From assembly GCF_001194135.2 (NCBI RefSeq), contig NC_068985.1, positions 77,562,568 through 77,626,567 on the forward strand: DNA of 64,000 nt. The letters are read 5' to 3'. The position numbers and the translations under genes were made by a program. Positions 26,217-39,419 of this stretch are shown piece after piece (within the stretch, counting starts at the first letter, position 1; each line of letters opens with the position of its first letter). A model generated the notes under the pieces. The model had not been told where the DNA came from, made no database searches, and saw only the letters and a program-made list of their open reading frames with translations. The stretch comes from Octopus bimaculoides. Lineage: Eukaryota.

Positions 26217-26428
26217 TATGTGTCTGTGTTTGTCCCCCCCCCCAAACATCACTTGACAACCGATGGTGGTGTGTTTACGTCCCTGTTACTTAGCGGTTTG
26301 GCAAAAGAGACCGATAGAATAAGTACTAGGCTTGCAAACAATAAGTCCTGGGGTCGATTTACCCGACTAAAGGTGGTGCCCCAGCATGGCTGCAGTCAAA
26401 TGACTGAAACAAGTTAAAGAGTAAGAGG
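26021..26428 (+). mobile_element. SINE family B with internal (TA)n; another + copy at 38469-38795
   Basis: ggttccgggttcattcccactgcgtggc head, internal microsatellite, and gcaaaagagaccgatagaataagtact...gactgaaacaag tail. Confidence 0.85.
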
Positions 26429-28261
26429 GTTATGATGGAAATGTTAGTCATCATTTATGTGCCTGATTAAATGCCATGATCTGATGTATTTATTTATGTC
26501 ACTTGATGTTCTGGTTTTTCAAAGGATACTGATCTTGAACCTTTGTTCTATCTTAAATTTCAATAAGTAGTAATGCTGATAATAATAACAATTATAAAGT
26601 AAGCTCCAGAGAAACTGACCTTGACTTTCTTCAAAATTTGTGGGTCTCCATGTTCAGAAATCCTCATTAATATTTAATTTTCAGTCCCATGTCAGACACC
26701 CTGAATGTTCTTATGAGCAAAGCAGGCAATCTGGTATCAATATCCACTTGCATAGTAAATGATGAATATCTCAACCTCCCAGTTCACTCTCAGTATCATA
26801 GATGACCACATGTGAACATAGACACAGTCAGGCTCAAATTCACTGATCCCTGACATAATGAAATGTAAACAGTCAATGTGAAAGACACCAGCTGATCAAA
26901 TTGATGATTGTTCTTACCCACAACCTTGAGAGAAATGTATAGTGTCATATTACTTGCATATAGCGCATGTGTTCAGATTCATTGCAGTCATGAATGGAAG
27001 GAAATTCAGTATGTTTCTGGAAAACATTTTACCTTACATTGTTTCAGTTTACCTTGATGTCATAAATGGACACCAGATATTCTAAAAATGTTTCTTGCAG
27101 TAGACTGGCAGCCTGTCCAGGTGGTGGTGGTGGTGGTGGTGGGGATTCATTTACTTCATTCCTTATAACTGGTGGTAGTGACAGGAACTGTGAGAGCTGG
27201 AGTTTGCTACAACAACAAACTGCACCTTTTGCATATTCACATGGCCCAGGATTTGTCTGTCTTGTTGTACGTAATGCTGATGATAACCAAATAGCATGAA
27301 ATGCGTTCACTGTTTCAGCAGAAGGTGTCGTGAAATGACTGTTGGTGTTTTGATACCTATTGCCAAAAATGAGAATATGAATGGCAGATTGCAATGAAAA
27401 CAGCTTTTTCACTGGTCAAATGTATTTGAAGTGATTTAAATGTTAGTATTTGTGCTTTACTGTATAGTTGGTCTACTTGTGGTATGAAGTGCTCAATTTG
27501 TGTTGTTTGTTGTAAGACAATTGGGATCCTAAGCTATCATCACAGCATAATTCATGATGATCTAATATATTCTCTTTTTTTTAATACATTAATGCTTTTA
27601 TGTTTGTGTAGATCAAATGAGGTACCTGATAGAACTCTAAGTGTATTTGTCATTTTACTTTCTTAACTATGTCTTGACATGTGAACTGTGATTATTGTAG
27701 AGGTATAGTAGGTTAGTTAGTTCACACAGTTTGGTATTCACTAGTTTTAAAGCGTGGTAGTTGTGCTAATGGTTAGTCTTTGTTTTTAAATTGTGTTAAG
27801 GTGTTTGAAGTATTGCTGTAGGTAAGCTAATGGTTAGTTTCAGTATTTAAGATAACATGAGCTTAGCTTCCGTCCAAATATAACCTACCATTTGTGTCAC
27901 AGCTATTGTTATATTCGTTTAAGAAGTAAGAAGAACTGAAGCATGTAGAATTGAATAGAATACTGGTTCCACTGACATGAAAACTCATTTCTGAAATTCT
28001 TATTTCTGTTTCCATGTAACCACTTAATCTTCTTCATATAACACAGACTCAAATTTTTTGCTATATGCTAATTTTTCATGTTTTATTATATTTTTCATTC
28101 TATTTTGTATAAAGTTTTTTAGTGCTACATGAAACAAAATATACTTTAAAAAAAAAAGCCTGCACTTTCTCTACTCCTCCTTCCCCTCATGCACACAGAC
28201 ACTCCACCTCCATCCTTCTTTCATCTCCTGCACATACAAACACACACACATACAGTTTGAC

Positions 28262-29326
28262 ATTTAAGAGATGAGGAATTATGTACATTATTTACATTTG
28301 ACAGATATTTGTCCTCATCTTGTTTGTTGTTAAAACAATGTTTCAGCTGATATACCCTTTAGCCTTCATCAGGTGTCTTGGAGAAATTTTGAACCTGGGT
28401 TCTCATTCCTAAGGTATTTTTCAATATTATTTATTATTATAATTATTCAGGTCATTGCCTGGAATTAGACTTGGAATCTTGGGATTAGTAGCCTGTGCTC
28501 TTATCCACTACACCATATGCCTGTGGACAATTATGGAGTGAATTTTAGGGCTTAAAAATCTAATATTTTCCTATCCTTCCTTAATACCGGTTCCCATATG
28601 CTGCTCATAATCTGTACTCGGTCTGCTTAGGAGGTTGTTGTGTCCTAGCATATGTGCTGCTTCTTTTAATTTTCGTATTTTCCAGTGGTGTTCTCTGTCT
28701 ATTATTTTAACTTCATCCCACCGAGAGAGGTAGTCTCCATTTCTCCAAACATGATCAGCTATACCTGATTTATCAATATTTCCTCGAGTCACAGCTTTGC
28801 GATGTTCCTCTACCCTTATTTTGGGGGAGCGGCATGTTTCGCCTTTGTATAACCTATCACAGCTGCATGGGATCGAAATATTTGCAAAGTGTTGTATTGC
28901 TCTTGAATACTGTCCTGATGTCATATGGGCCGCATATCTTTTGTATCTTTTCAGAGAGGCCTTTCACATAGGGTAGACAGGCTGTAGACAGTTTATTGAT
29001 TTCATCCTCTCTTTTCTTCATAATTGGAGTGGATAGTATGTTTTTGGGGTAGTTGTTGTTTAATAGATTGTTATTGAGCTTGATCATTTCTTCGTGGTGT
29101 GTATCACAATCGCTGCTTATATTCTTTACTCAATGTTTTAGACACTGAGCAATCCTTCTCTTTACATTGTATGGATAGTGGGAATTGAAATTGAGGTATC
29201 GTCCAGTGAAGGTTGGCTTGCAGTATATGGATATCCTGAATCCATACTTGGTGCATGTTAATAACACGCACTAAGTATGGACATCCGTATACTGCAAGCC
29301 GACCTTCACTGGATGATACCTCAATT
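28262..29326 (-). mobile_element. Penelope-like element (Poseidon-type): RT C-terminus, GIY-YIG domain and pLTR region, 5'-truncated
   Basis: IYCKPTFTGRYLNFNSHYP (RT thumb), LPYVKGLSEKIQKIC...FKSNTTL, CSCDRLYKGETCRSPKIRVEEHRKA and RKLKEA (GIY-YIG). Confidence 0.9.
28332..28377 (-). ncRNA. Degenerate minimal type-I hammerhead ribozyme in the Penelope pLTR
   Basis: Minus strand GACAC-CTGATGA-aGGCTaaagggtatatcAGCT-GAAA-CA-TT-GTTTT. The CUGAUGA and GAAA core is intact; stems I and III carry substitutions. Confidence 0.65.
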
Positions 29327-29344
29327 GTCTTACCTCTCTCTGTC

Positions 29345-29610
29345 TTACTAACAAACACATTTTCACACACACACACACACACACTAACAAACACATTTTC
29401 ACACACGTGTCATCATCATCATCATCATCATCGGACGTGAAACGATGATGATGATGACACACACAAACAAATACATTTTCACACACACACTAACAAGCAT
29501 ATTTTCACACACAAACACTAACAAACGTTTTCACACACACACACACACACACACAAACCAGCACATTTTCACACACACACAAGCACATTTTCATACGCTA
29601 ACACATTTTG
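29345..29610. repeat. Minisatellite (actaacaaacacattttc(ac)n units) interrupted by (atc)n/(atg)n
   Basis: About 6-7 degenerate units. Confidence 0.85.
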
Positions 29611-30618
29611 NNNNNNNNNNNNNNNNNNNNNNNNNNNNNNNNNNNNNNNNNNNNNNNNNNNNNNNNNNNNNNNNNNNNNNNNNNNNNNNNNNNNNNNNNN
29701 NNNNNNNNNNNNNNNNNNNNNNNNNNNNNNNNNNNNNNNNNNNNNNNNNNNNNNNNNNNNNNNNNNNNNNNNNNNNNNNNNNNNNNNNNNNNNNNNNNNN
29801 NNNNNNNNNNNNNNNNNNNNNNNNNNNNNNNNNNNNNNNNNNNNNNNNNNNNNNNNNNNNNNNNNNNNNNNNNNNNNNNNNNNNNNNNNNNNNNNNNNNN
29901 NNNNNNNNNNNNNNNNNNNNNNNNNNNNNNNNNNNNNNNNNNNNNNNNNNNNNNNNNNNNNNNNNNNNNNNNNNNNNNNNNNNNNNNNNNNNNNNNNNNN
30001 NNNNNNNNNNNNNNNNNNNNNNNNNNNNNNNNNNNNNNNNNNNNNNNNNNNNNNNNNNNNNNNNNNNNGAAATTATCAATATGTAAGTCCATTTGTCTAC
30101 ATCTTCCACCCACCTGCTTGTCACCCTTCTCAGTCAGTCTCTGGTTAAGTCTTAATTATGATGGTGCAACAGAATCATCACTCCATGAAATATTCATAAT
30201 TTTCTTTCCTAATATATGTCTGGCACTCAGAATACGCCAGACTGTCTGTGAGGTGTGCGATAGGTTGGTGGTGACAGTGGGGTGGTAGTGGCTGCATAGC
30301 TGGTGGTGGGTCTATTAAAATCAGTTATATTCATGGTAACTGTAGAGGAAGATTGAATGATGAACTGTAGAAAACATATATCTTAATTAGCTATATGGGA
30401 GAGGTAGGTTAGTGAGAGAAGAATCAAAATAAGAAAATGCTTAAAAAAAAAAAAGATTGGACTAGAACAGAGAGGTAAAAATGATTGCACCAGCTAACTA
30501 CTTGCCAAACACATTGTAATTAAGTTCTTGTTATGAAGGCAGTGAATTGCATGGAATAGTAGACCTCCAGACTATACTTATGTACTTATGTTAAGAATTC
30601 TCCATCAAGGTGGTTGCA

Positions 30619-30650
<32 letters not shown>

Positions 30651-33411
30651 CATTATTATTGCTAAAGCAAGCTGGTTGAATCATTAGCATGCTGGACAAA
30701 ATGTTCAGCAGTCTTTCATCATCTTTACATTCTGAATTCAAATACTGCTGAGGTCGACTTTGTTTTTCAGCCTTTTGGGGTTGAGAAAATAAATACCAGT
30801 TAAGCACAGAGGTCAATATAATCAACTTTCCAATACCTCAAAAATTGCTGGCCTTGTGCTGAAATAAGAAAGGATTATTATTATTGGAAGGGAGTACCAT
30901 TAATTGTCTATCTTCTAAATTTGTGTCCTACCAAGATTAACTTTGCCTTCATCATTCTGGGATTGATAAAATGCAGTGCCGGTAGTTGATTTAATCTACA
31001 AAATTTCTGCTCTTATGTCTATAGTAGAAAGGACAACTATTACAACGAAGGCAAGGAATTAGCAGAATTGGTACTGCATCAGACAAATATGCTTTCCATT
31101 ATTTCATTGACTCTTTACTGTCTGAGTTCAAATCCTGCTGAAGTCAAATTTGCTTTTCATCTTGCTAGAGGCAATGTAATAAATATCTGTTGAATACCAG
31201 TAGTGATTTAATCAACTGTCCTTCCTCAAAATTTTGGCCTTCTTCCTATGTTAGAAATCATTATTATTATTGTTCTTTCAACAATAAAGTTAAGCAAAAC
31301 AAATGAATTCAGGAAACTAAATGCATCACTGTATTTAGTTTACAGCTTCTTGGTTTCTAATTTTCATTCTTGTAGCTTCATTAATAAATGTACCAGTAAT
31401 ATACTGTGGAACACATGATTTTCAAGTCTATTATTTAGATTTCCACCCACAGACATTGGCCTAGTGCCCATTCTGTTTTTTTTTTTTTTGGGGGGGGGGT
31501 CCCCCACCTCTCTTTTTCTAACCAGACCGTGTAGATAATGAGGTGTCTCACTTATTGATTGCAGTCTAATTTTCTAATTTCACCATCTTGTTCTTACATA
31601 GGATACACTATTCTAAGATTTACTACTTTAACATGCAATCTCTGTTTTAAAGCTAGCAAAAGATTTGCCGACCGCATCGACTTCTTGATTGGTTTATGTA
31701 TTCAAACTGAAACAAGCTGAAATCTAGTAGCATCTCCCACTACACTTCACTAGCTTCAGCTGTTCGATTCATCATCATCATTATCAGTATCATTTTTTTT
31801 TTGAACAACCATGGTTTGGATGTGTCTGCCATATAGTATGTAGCTATGTATCTCAGTATTTTGAACTCAAGCAAAGCTGAAAGTTAACATCACTCACTTC
31901 TCAGATCTTCTTTCTTGTTCTGCTGCTCTCAGTACATTTTTTTTTTTTTTTGCCCAGCACTCATCATCATTCATTTATATTATACCAATTCAATTCTCTC
32001 TCCTGCCACACATCAGCCAACATGTTTGATATTCAGTCATTCAGTTCAACTATGTTCCACATAACTGCCCCACCCCACCCATTCTTTTCACAGTCATTGT
32101 CACTTGGCCTGCTCAATATCCTGCTCCAGTCTTTGATAGATTTAACATGAGCGATTTTGCTTAGCTTAATTATTTTTTGTGATATATATTCCCTTGAAGT
32201 TATCTCCCCTTTTCTTCAATAATCCCTTACAATTTCCACTAGGCTTTTTGTCTCCAACTAAAAGGAGCACACAAGTTTCCTACTAAAACCCACTTTTTGT
32301 AATTATGCAAATTATACTAGCCAATATTTCTGCTTGTAAAAAAAATCTTTGTCCACTGGTCAATGCAGGCTTAAGAAAACAGTTTTCCTGATGAGGCTTA
32401 ATAAAGCAAAAATATGTCTATAAATAACAAAGAACAAATTTTTTTTCCTAATCAAGAAAACTTCAAAGTTTTTCTTTGAATTTAATTCCTAATTTCTTGG
32501 AATTACTCCCATCTCTTTCTTTTTAAGCGTTACTAATAATTTCCATTACATTTTTGTTTTCTTTCTTCAACTAAGAAGCAAACTTCAAATTGTAGAAACT
32601 TATGTGCACTCATCATTCAGTACCTCCGCATCTACCTGAATTACTGATACATGATGCATTTATCTCTCTAGTTACAGTTAAAAAGATGTAATATTTTGAA
32701 CTCCAGAGTACCTCAACTATGTGTATATATGTTAGATAGTTATTTATATTAATTTCAGATATATCAGTAATGTCAGTATGTTAATTAAACATGTATGTAG
32801 ATTAGGTTTACTAATTTGTGTTTGATCACTTGGAGTGTCAATGTTTTGCTGGAAGCTATATTCATTATATAACACTTTATTGTTGACCCAGACTATATTA
32901 TTAGTTGGATTACATAAAGATATAGATGTTCATGAATAAAGTAAAAAAAAAGTAACAAAAAAGATAATTAAAAACAACAAAATTTTGTTAAAGGTACAAC
33001 AGGTGCAGAGCATGCAACATCTGCAAAATAAGTCTGTCGGCACCTCTCTCTCATTTCATAGCAAACCAGTAAAAGTACATGTAGAATATTGTATAAAATA
33101 TCAGTCTTAAAAACTGACTGACTAGCTAATTATTTTTAGCATGGCTGACATAATGAACTGTTGCTCTAACTACTCTTCTGCAGTTATTTCAGCAGAACTG
33201 AGAAGTTAAGAAAGTAGGCAGGCTGATACTGAATCCTATTTGTTCTTTGCTCTCTTTTTTTCTTCTTCTGTATGTATGTCGTATTTTAAACCCCTGTTAT
33301 TTACCTGACTATTAACTTGGATGGGAAGTGTGAAGAAAGTGGAGTTTCACGAGTTGAATTTTCTCTGGTTATTTAGGTATTGTAATATAGCATCTAAGTT
33401 TTTTTTTAGTA

Positions 33412-33456
<45 letters not shown>

Positions 33457-35587
33457 TAAATAACAGAAATAATTTGATGGAATTTTATTTAACAATGAGA
33501 AAATTCTAATATGACAAATTGTTTCGTAACTTAAAAACATGTAACTGATTTATAGCATTATATTTAATAATAAATAAATTACTTACATGTCTGCATTAAT
33601 GTAAAATGCAAAAAAATCCTTCATAATAAGTTACACTATTGATAGCTATCTTGGAGTAAATAGGATGAATTTTGTACTACTTCAACTTGTGTTACTTAGT
33701 CCAGGTGATATTCATATTCTCATATTTTACAAGTTGCTAGGCAACTCTTCAGATGTTGTTACTCAGAAGTAAGGCTTTGAAATCGGTGTCAAGTATTTTT
33801 GTCAAAGGATGAACAAACAACTAAGTCAAAAGAGTACAATTACAGTACCACACAAACAGCCAAACAATTGCATCCTGTTAATGACTCTACATCACTGGCC
33901 TTGTCTAGTGGTTCTCCAAATGACCAGTACTAGCAACCTGCATGGAGCAGACAGAATTCGTTGAGGTAGATGTTCTATGACTGGATGTCATTCTCATTGC
34001 CAAGTCTCATCTGTTTCCAAGCAAGATATTTTCCCTTAGCTAGAGGTGTTTTTCTTAAAAGTCTGCATACAAACAAGTTCACATGCATGACATCGTGTAA
34101 TGTCTAGCCAAGAGTACCCACAAGCACATACACATCTTAATTTTATTACATGTGGCAATTTGTCCACTCTCTTTTCAACCTGCATAGGCTCTGCCAATGA
34201 GGTCAACCAGTACTCCATGAGAAATAGTAGCTTAGTCTACCTAGCTTGTAAGTAAATACTGTAAGATTGCATGTCATTCACAAATGGTGATCTTTTTATC
34301 CCAGGTCATCCCTAATTGGTTCAAAGACAGCCATGATAGACCATTGTTTTTGTGCATCGTTATTCCATGCCTCTTCATTTATTTAAGAGGATATGTGATT
34401 TGAAGCTTCTAGCAGGATCAATTGACTGCATAAAGGCTTCCACTTTTGTTATGGCAGGAAGTTGAAACTGACATGTTATTGGATTGTAATGAGTTGTTAT
34501 CCCTCTAGCAGGGAAAAAAAAAAATCTCCCTTAACTACACCAAAGTTCTGTCCAAAAGAACATTGATCTCTTCTTTTTAATAGTGTAGAAAGTGGAGTTC
34601 TATGCATAATTCATTCAAATCAGAAAAAGTTATATATATATATATATAAAATGTTAATATTCTTCATTATTATTAAAGCTGCAAAAACATCACAAATGAA
34701 GCATATTACTATGCCTCTGGTATTCTAGTACTATTTTTACCCCACCTTGTTTCACATTTATGTGCTTACTTTGGTATATAAAATATTATCAAGATTGTCC
34801 TAAAACTTACAAGATATATCATGTGAAAGCTTTAAGTGTTTGGTCTATTTACATACTGTAACACATCCAAAGAATGTCTCCCAAAACATTCATTTCCTCA
34901 ATTATGCCTTCAGATCATGATATTGAAGTAAGTGAATGGGCTATAGGTATTATTACACATTTCCATATATTATGGCATGTATTATACAACACTGTATAAA
35001 TTGCATAATCTTGAATGAGATATGGAATGAAAATATCATCTGTTTACACAAACAATTGTCAATTTGACTTCTTTTCTCATTTAAATTATTACTTTTATCA
35101 TTCACCCTGCAGGTTTTATTTAAAGCCTACTGGATCTTATTTTGGAATTGTGTAGAGCGCCCATATATATATATCAGTCAAAGTCTTATGGATCTCCTTT
35201 TAATTTTGGAATACTACACTGGCGAGGATCCTGTATAATGTGCTAATGAGGTGATAGCCAGAGTTACAATTATTCCTTCTGTCTGTCTGTCTGTCTGTCT
35301 ATATAGTAATTGAAGTGTACCATATTATATATCCATTATGGTCAATCTTATCAATCAGTTTTCCACTAGGGGTTCAACAAAGTGTTAGGTAACACTCTGA
35401 TTATGTAACAACCCTGCGCTCATCAGAGATAACTGTTATGGAATTTATATGTATATATGAACATTTATATATGGAATGTGTGTGTGTTTATATGTGTATA
35501 TATATATATAAAGATATAGTCTGACATGGAACAATAAAAATTGAAATAAAAGACATTCTATTGTAAAAATTGCCTAGGAATGATGGG

Positions 35588-35622
<35 letters not shown>

Positions 35623-36072
35623 CATGGTATCAGCCAGATTATCAGATGTTAGAAATCGTTGTTCACAATGTGCTTCACATTGTCTTGGCTTTCAAATAAT
35701 GTTACCCCATTGGCTCTGTGAGGAGCCCAACATTCCCTCTGATCGGAAGGCTATTCTATTGCAGGGTTACCCATTTACAGTTGAGTGGACTGGAATAATG
35801 TGAAGTGCAGTGTTTTGCTCAAGAACACAACATGCCACCTAGCCCAGGAATCAAACCAACGACTAGTGATTGTGAGTGCAACACCCTAAGCACCAGGCTG
35901 CATGCCTTCTCACAAGCACACACACATGTACTTAGGCAAAAGCATAGCTTTATGGTTAAGAAGTCTGTTATGGTTTTAGGTTTAGTCTCATGGAACAGCA
36001 CCTTGGACAAGTGTTTTCTGCTATACCGTAAGTGAATTTGACAGGTGGAAAGTGAAAGTATCTAGTCTTCTT

Positions 36073-36153
<81 letters not shown>

Positions 36154-39100
36154 ATGTCACAGATCCACATGGGTGAATTGGTGAATGTTATTCACACACC
36201 TTGTCAGTATTATTATCAGTTTTTTTTGTGTTTTTGAAGACTTATGAAAGCAAAAAAGAAAATCTTCACTTGAGAAACAGGTACGGTGTGGCAACAGGCA
36301 AATTATCCTTTTGTAAAATCATATCTCAAATATGTCCTTGCCCAAGCCATACAAGTAAGTATTGAATAAAATGGTATTAAATGAAGGTTAAAAAAAACCC
36401 CAACAAATGCTTAGTTTCATTCACAATACTAGCATGGAAGATAATCGTTCAAAGTGCCATGGAGTGAGAGCAAGACCAGGGTCTCATGACCATGAATCAA
36501 ACTTAACCATCAAGCCAATCCTGTATATGGAGATATGCACACACATCATCATTATTCAACAGATATGTTCCATACTGGCATGGGTTGGACAGTTTGGCAG
36601 GAATTGATGTGTCCAAGGACTGCATCAAGCTTCAATAGCTGTTTTAGCACGGTTTTTTATGGCTGGATGCCCTTCCTAAGGGTAACTACCTTACAGTATG
36701 GACTGGGTGCTTTTTTCATGCCATCTGCTGTATTGAGGTTGCCCACTATACAATTTCTGTTTACAAATTTCACTCACATGGCTTGATCAGCTCTAGATAA
36801 TTAGTAAACGACATTTATCCAAAGTGTCACACAATGAGTTGGAACCGAAGATCATGTAGTTATAGTTTGAACATCATAACCAGACATCCATACCTGGATC
36901 AATTTATAACCACTTATCCATGCCTGCATCTGTTCAAAATCACAGTTTTTTATAGAAATATTAGGAACATTTGAAAAATCTTTTCTCTTGATGTATTGAA
37001 GCCATTTTTAGTATTAACAATTTAAAGTATAGAGTATGTGTTGTAGACTGGAGGCAAGATTGTCTTATTACATGAATGTTTGGACAGAATGAGAATCTAT
37101 TCAACAAGGGTTGTAAATTGTATTTGATTGCTTTCAGTGTTGTTGTTGCTACTGTTTTTCTCCTTTTACTTTTTAAAACTTCCCTATAATTTCCTGCTTT
37201 GTTCATTAAAAATTCTTTGAACATTGGTGAGGGTGAGGAAGAATCAAGTCAATTTGTCTGGGAATCTTTGTAAATTTTCATCTACAACTAAAGCTTTTTG
37301 AATTTCTTGGTTGGTTTTATATGTTTTTCTTGTGTGTGTGTTCATTTACTCTTCTAGATGGATAGTGAAAGCAGAAAAAAGAATTTCAAACTGGAAGCTA
37401 TTTCATGTATGTGCCTGTATGTATGTATTATGAGTGTGTACATGGTATGCAACTGTTTTAAAAATTTCAGAGTTAACTGCAATTTGTTTAAGGAAATTGT
37501 TAAAGCTGGCTATTTAATGTTATTTCAACGTATCATTAGTGTTTAAGTATTGCATCGGCGCCAGAAAATTGTGTTTTACTGCCAAATAATCCTTTGGCCT
37601 TCCAAGGAAAATGGATATTAAAAAAATCCCACTTCTCAAATATATTCAGTGTTTATTAATCTTCACATTGTTGGCCAATTAATGTAACTGCAAACTCAAT
37701 AAAAAATAAATACATCTCTACAGGAATAAAAAAAAATCAAAATTAATTTCATTTTTTTAATAATTATATTACATAGTCTTTATATTGCTGTTGCATTTAT
37801 AAATATGTGTTTTATTCCCTGGAAGTTGACATTAATATTTGTATAGACAGTGGCTATAAAGAATTCAAAAGTAAATACTTGTACAAATTTTATTGACAAA
37901 GTATTGTTATATTTTATTATTATTATTATTGTTGTTGTTGCTGTTGTTATCAATAATAATAATAATAATAAAAGTGATGTTTTCTTTTCGGTTTAGAAGT
38001 TAAAGCCTGTCTTTAGTTGAATGGTATGCATTTAAAATGAACACAGTTTCGGTCTTGTACTACAGTAATGTGAGAAGGAAATGCTCATTTTACAAATAGA
38101 TACCCAAGGTAATTAGAATAATGTGCATTGCATAGAGTCTAGTAGCAAAGCATTTGCCAGTAGCTAGACTTTATTTCACTACAGAGTTGGCTGGTCTGGT
38201 ACTTCAGCCCATTTACTTCTTTACATGTCCACCCAACTCTAGCAACCACAATAAGCACTACTACATCAAGTCCTTCCTCCTCAGGATCTCCCCTCCCCCC
38301 CAGAACCCCCTCTTTGCTCATGCCTTTTTTTGTGAGTATTGATTTGTAAACATTTTAAACAGAACATTAATGTTATCAATCTGATCACTCTTTAGAGTAC
38401 TTGGGTAATGGACACAGCCCCTTCAGGTTCTGCAAGCAAAAGAGAAAAGAAAAAAAAAAGCATCAAACTAGGTGCAAGTGTGGCTTTGTGATGAGAGGCT
38501 TGTTTCCCAACCGCATGGTTCTGGGTTCAGTCCCATTGTGTGTGGATTTGGTTGGCAGAAACTGAAGGAAGCTTGTTGTGTGTGTGTGTGTGTGTGTGTG
38601 TTCGTGTCCCCCCTCGGCCACCACTTGACAACTGGTGTTTATGTCCCCATAACTTAGTGGTCCATCAAAAGAGACTGATAGAATAAGTAAGAGGCTTAAA
38701 AACATAAGTCCTGGGGTTGAGTTGTTCAACTTAAACTCTTCAAGGCGGTGCCCTAGTATGGCCGCAGTCAAATGACTGAAACAAGGAAAAGATAAAATAA
38801 CTAGTAACTACTCATGTAAGAGAAGACTAATGGTGCTTTTTTTGTTTTTGAAGAAGGGATAATGTAAAGTATTTGTTGATGCCCTCAAATTGTCTTAGCA
38901 GAAAAAACAATAGATTGACAGAATCATCAGAGTGTTCGACAAAATGCTTTGTGGTATTTGTTTCAATATCTTATATACTGAGTTCAAATCCTCCTCAAGT
39001 TAACTTTGTTTTACATCCTCCCAGGGTTAAGTACCAGTTATATAATAGATGTTCATTTTATTTACAAATCCTACCTCCAACAAACTTTTGACTTTGTGCC

Positions 39101-39156
39101 TGTATAAGAAATTATTATTTATCTAATTGTATTTTAATTTTTCGCAATTACATCAT

Positions 39157-39419
39157 TTAACCTTTAGACATTTAAACCATCCATATCCAGCTCAACATGT
39201 TCCGTGTTCAAACTGGCCAAACATAGCCTGACCCTCAGCCTAACCCGAGCTCAGGTAAAGCTGACCGCAGTTGCAGATCTTAGTGGTAGTAGCAAATATT
39301 CAAACACACATCTTTCCAAAAAGAAACAATCACATTGTTGAAATCTTGAAGCTACAAGATAAAACTGTGAATAAATGGGCATTACATTTGACAGAGTAAT
39401 TTCAAAGTTGAAGAATTAA
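39157..39419. mobile_element. piggyBac-type MITE family 1, carrying a foreign insert
   Basis: TTAA-CCTTTAG ... AAGAA-TTAA. Colinear with the 52188-52416 copy except for 39230-39305. Confidence 0.75.
39236..39305 (+). pseudogene. 28S (LSU) rRNA internal fragment
   Basis: ccgcagttgcagatcttagtggtagtagcaaatattcaaac matches the conserved eukaryotic LSU segment CCGCAGGTGCAGATCTTGGTGGTAGTAGCAAATATTCAAAC at 39/41 positions; this is the LR7/LR7R primer site. Confidence 0.85.
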
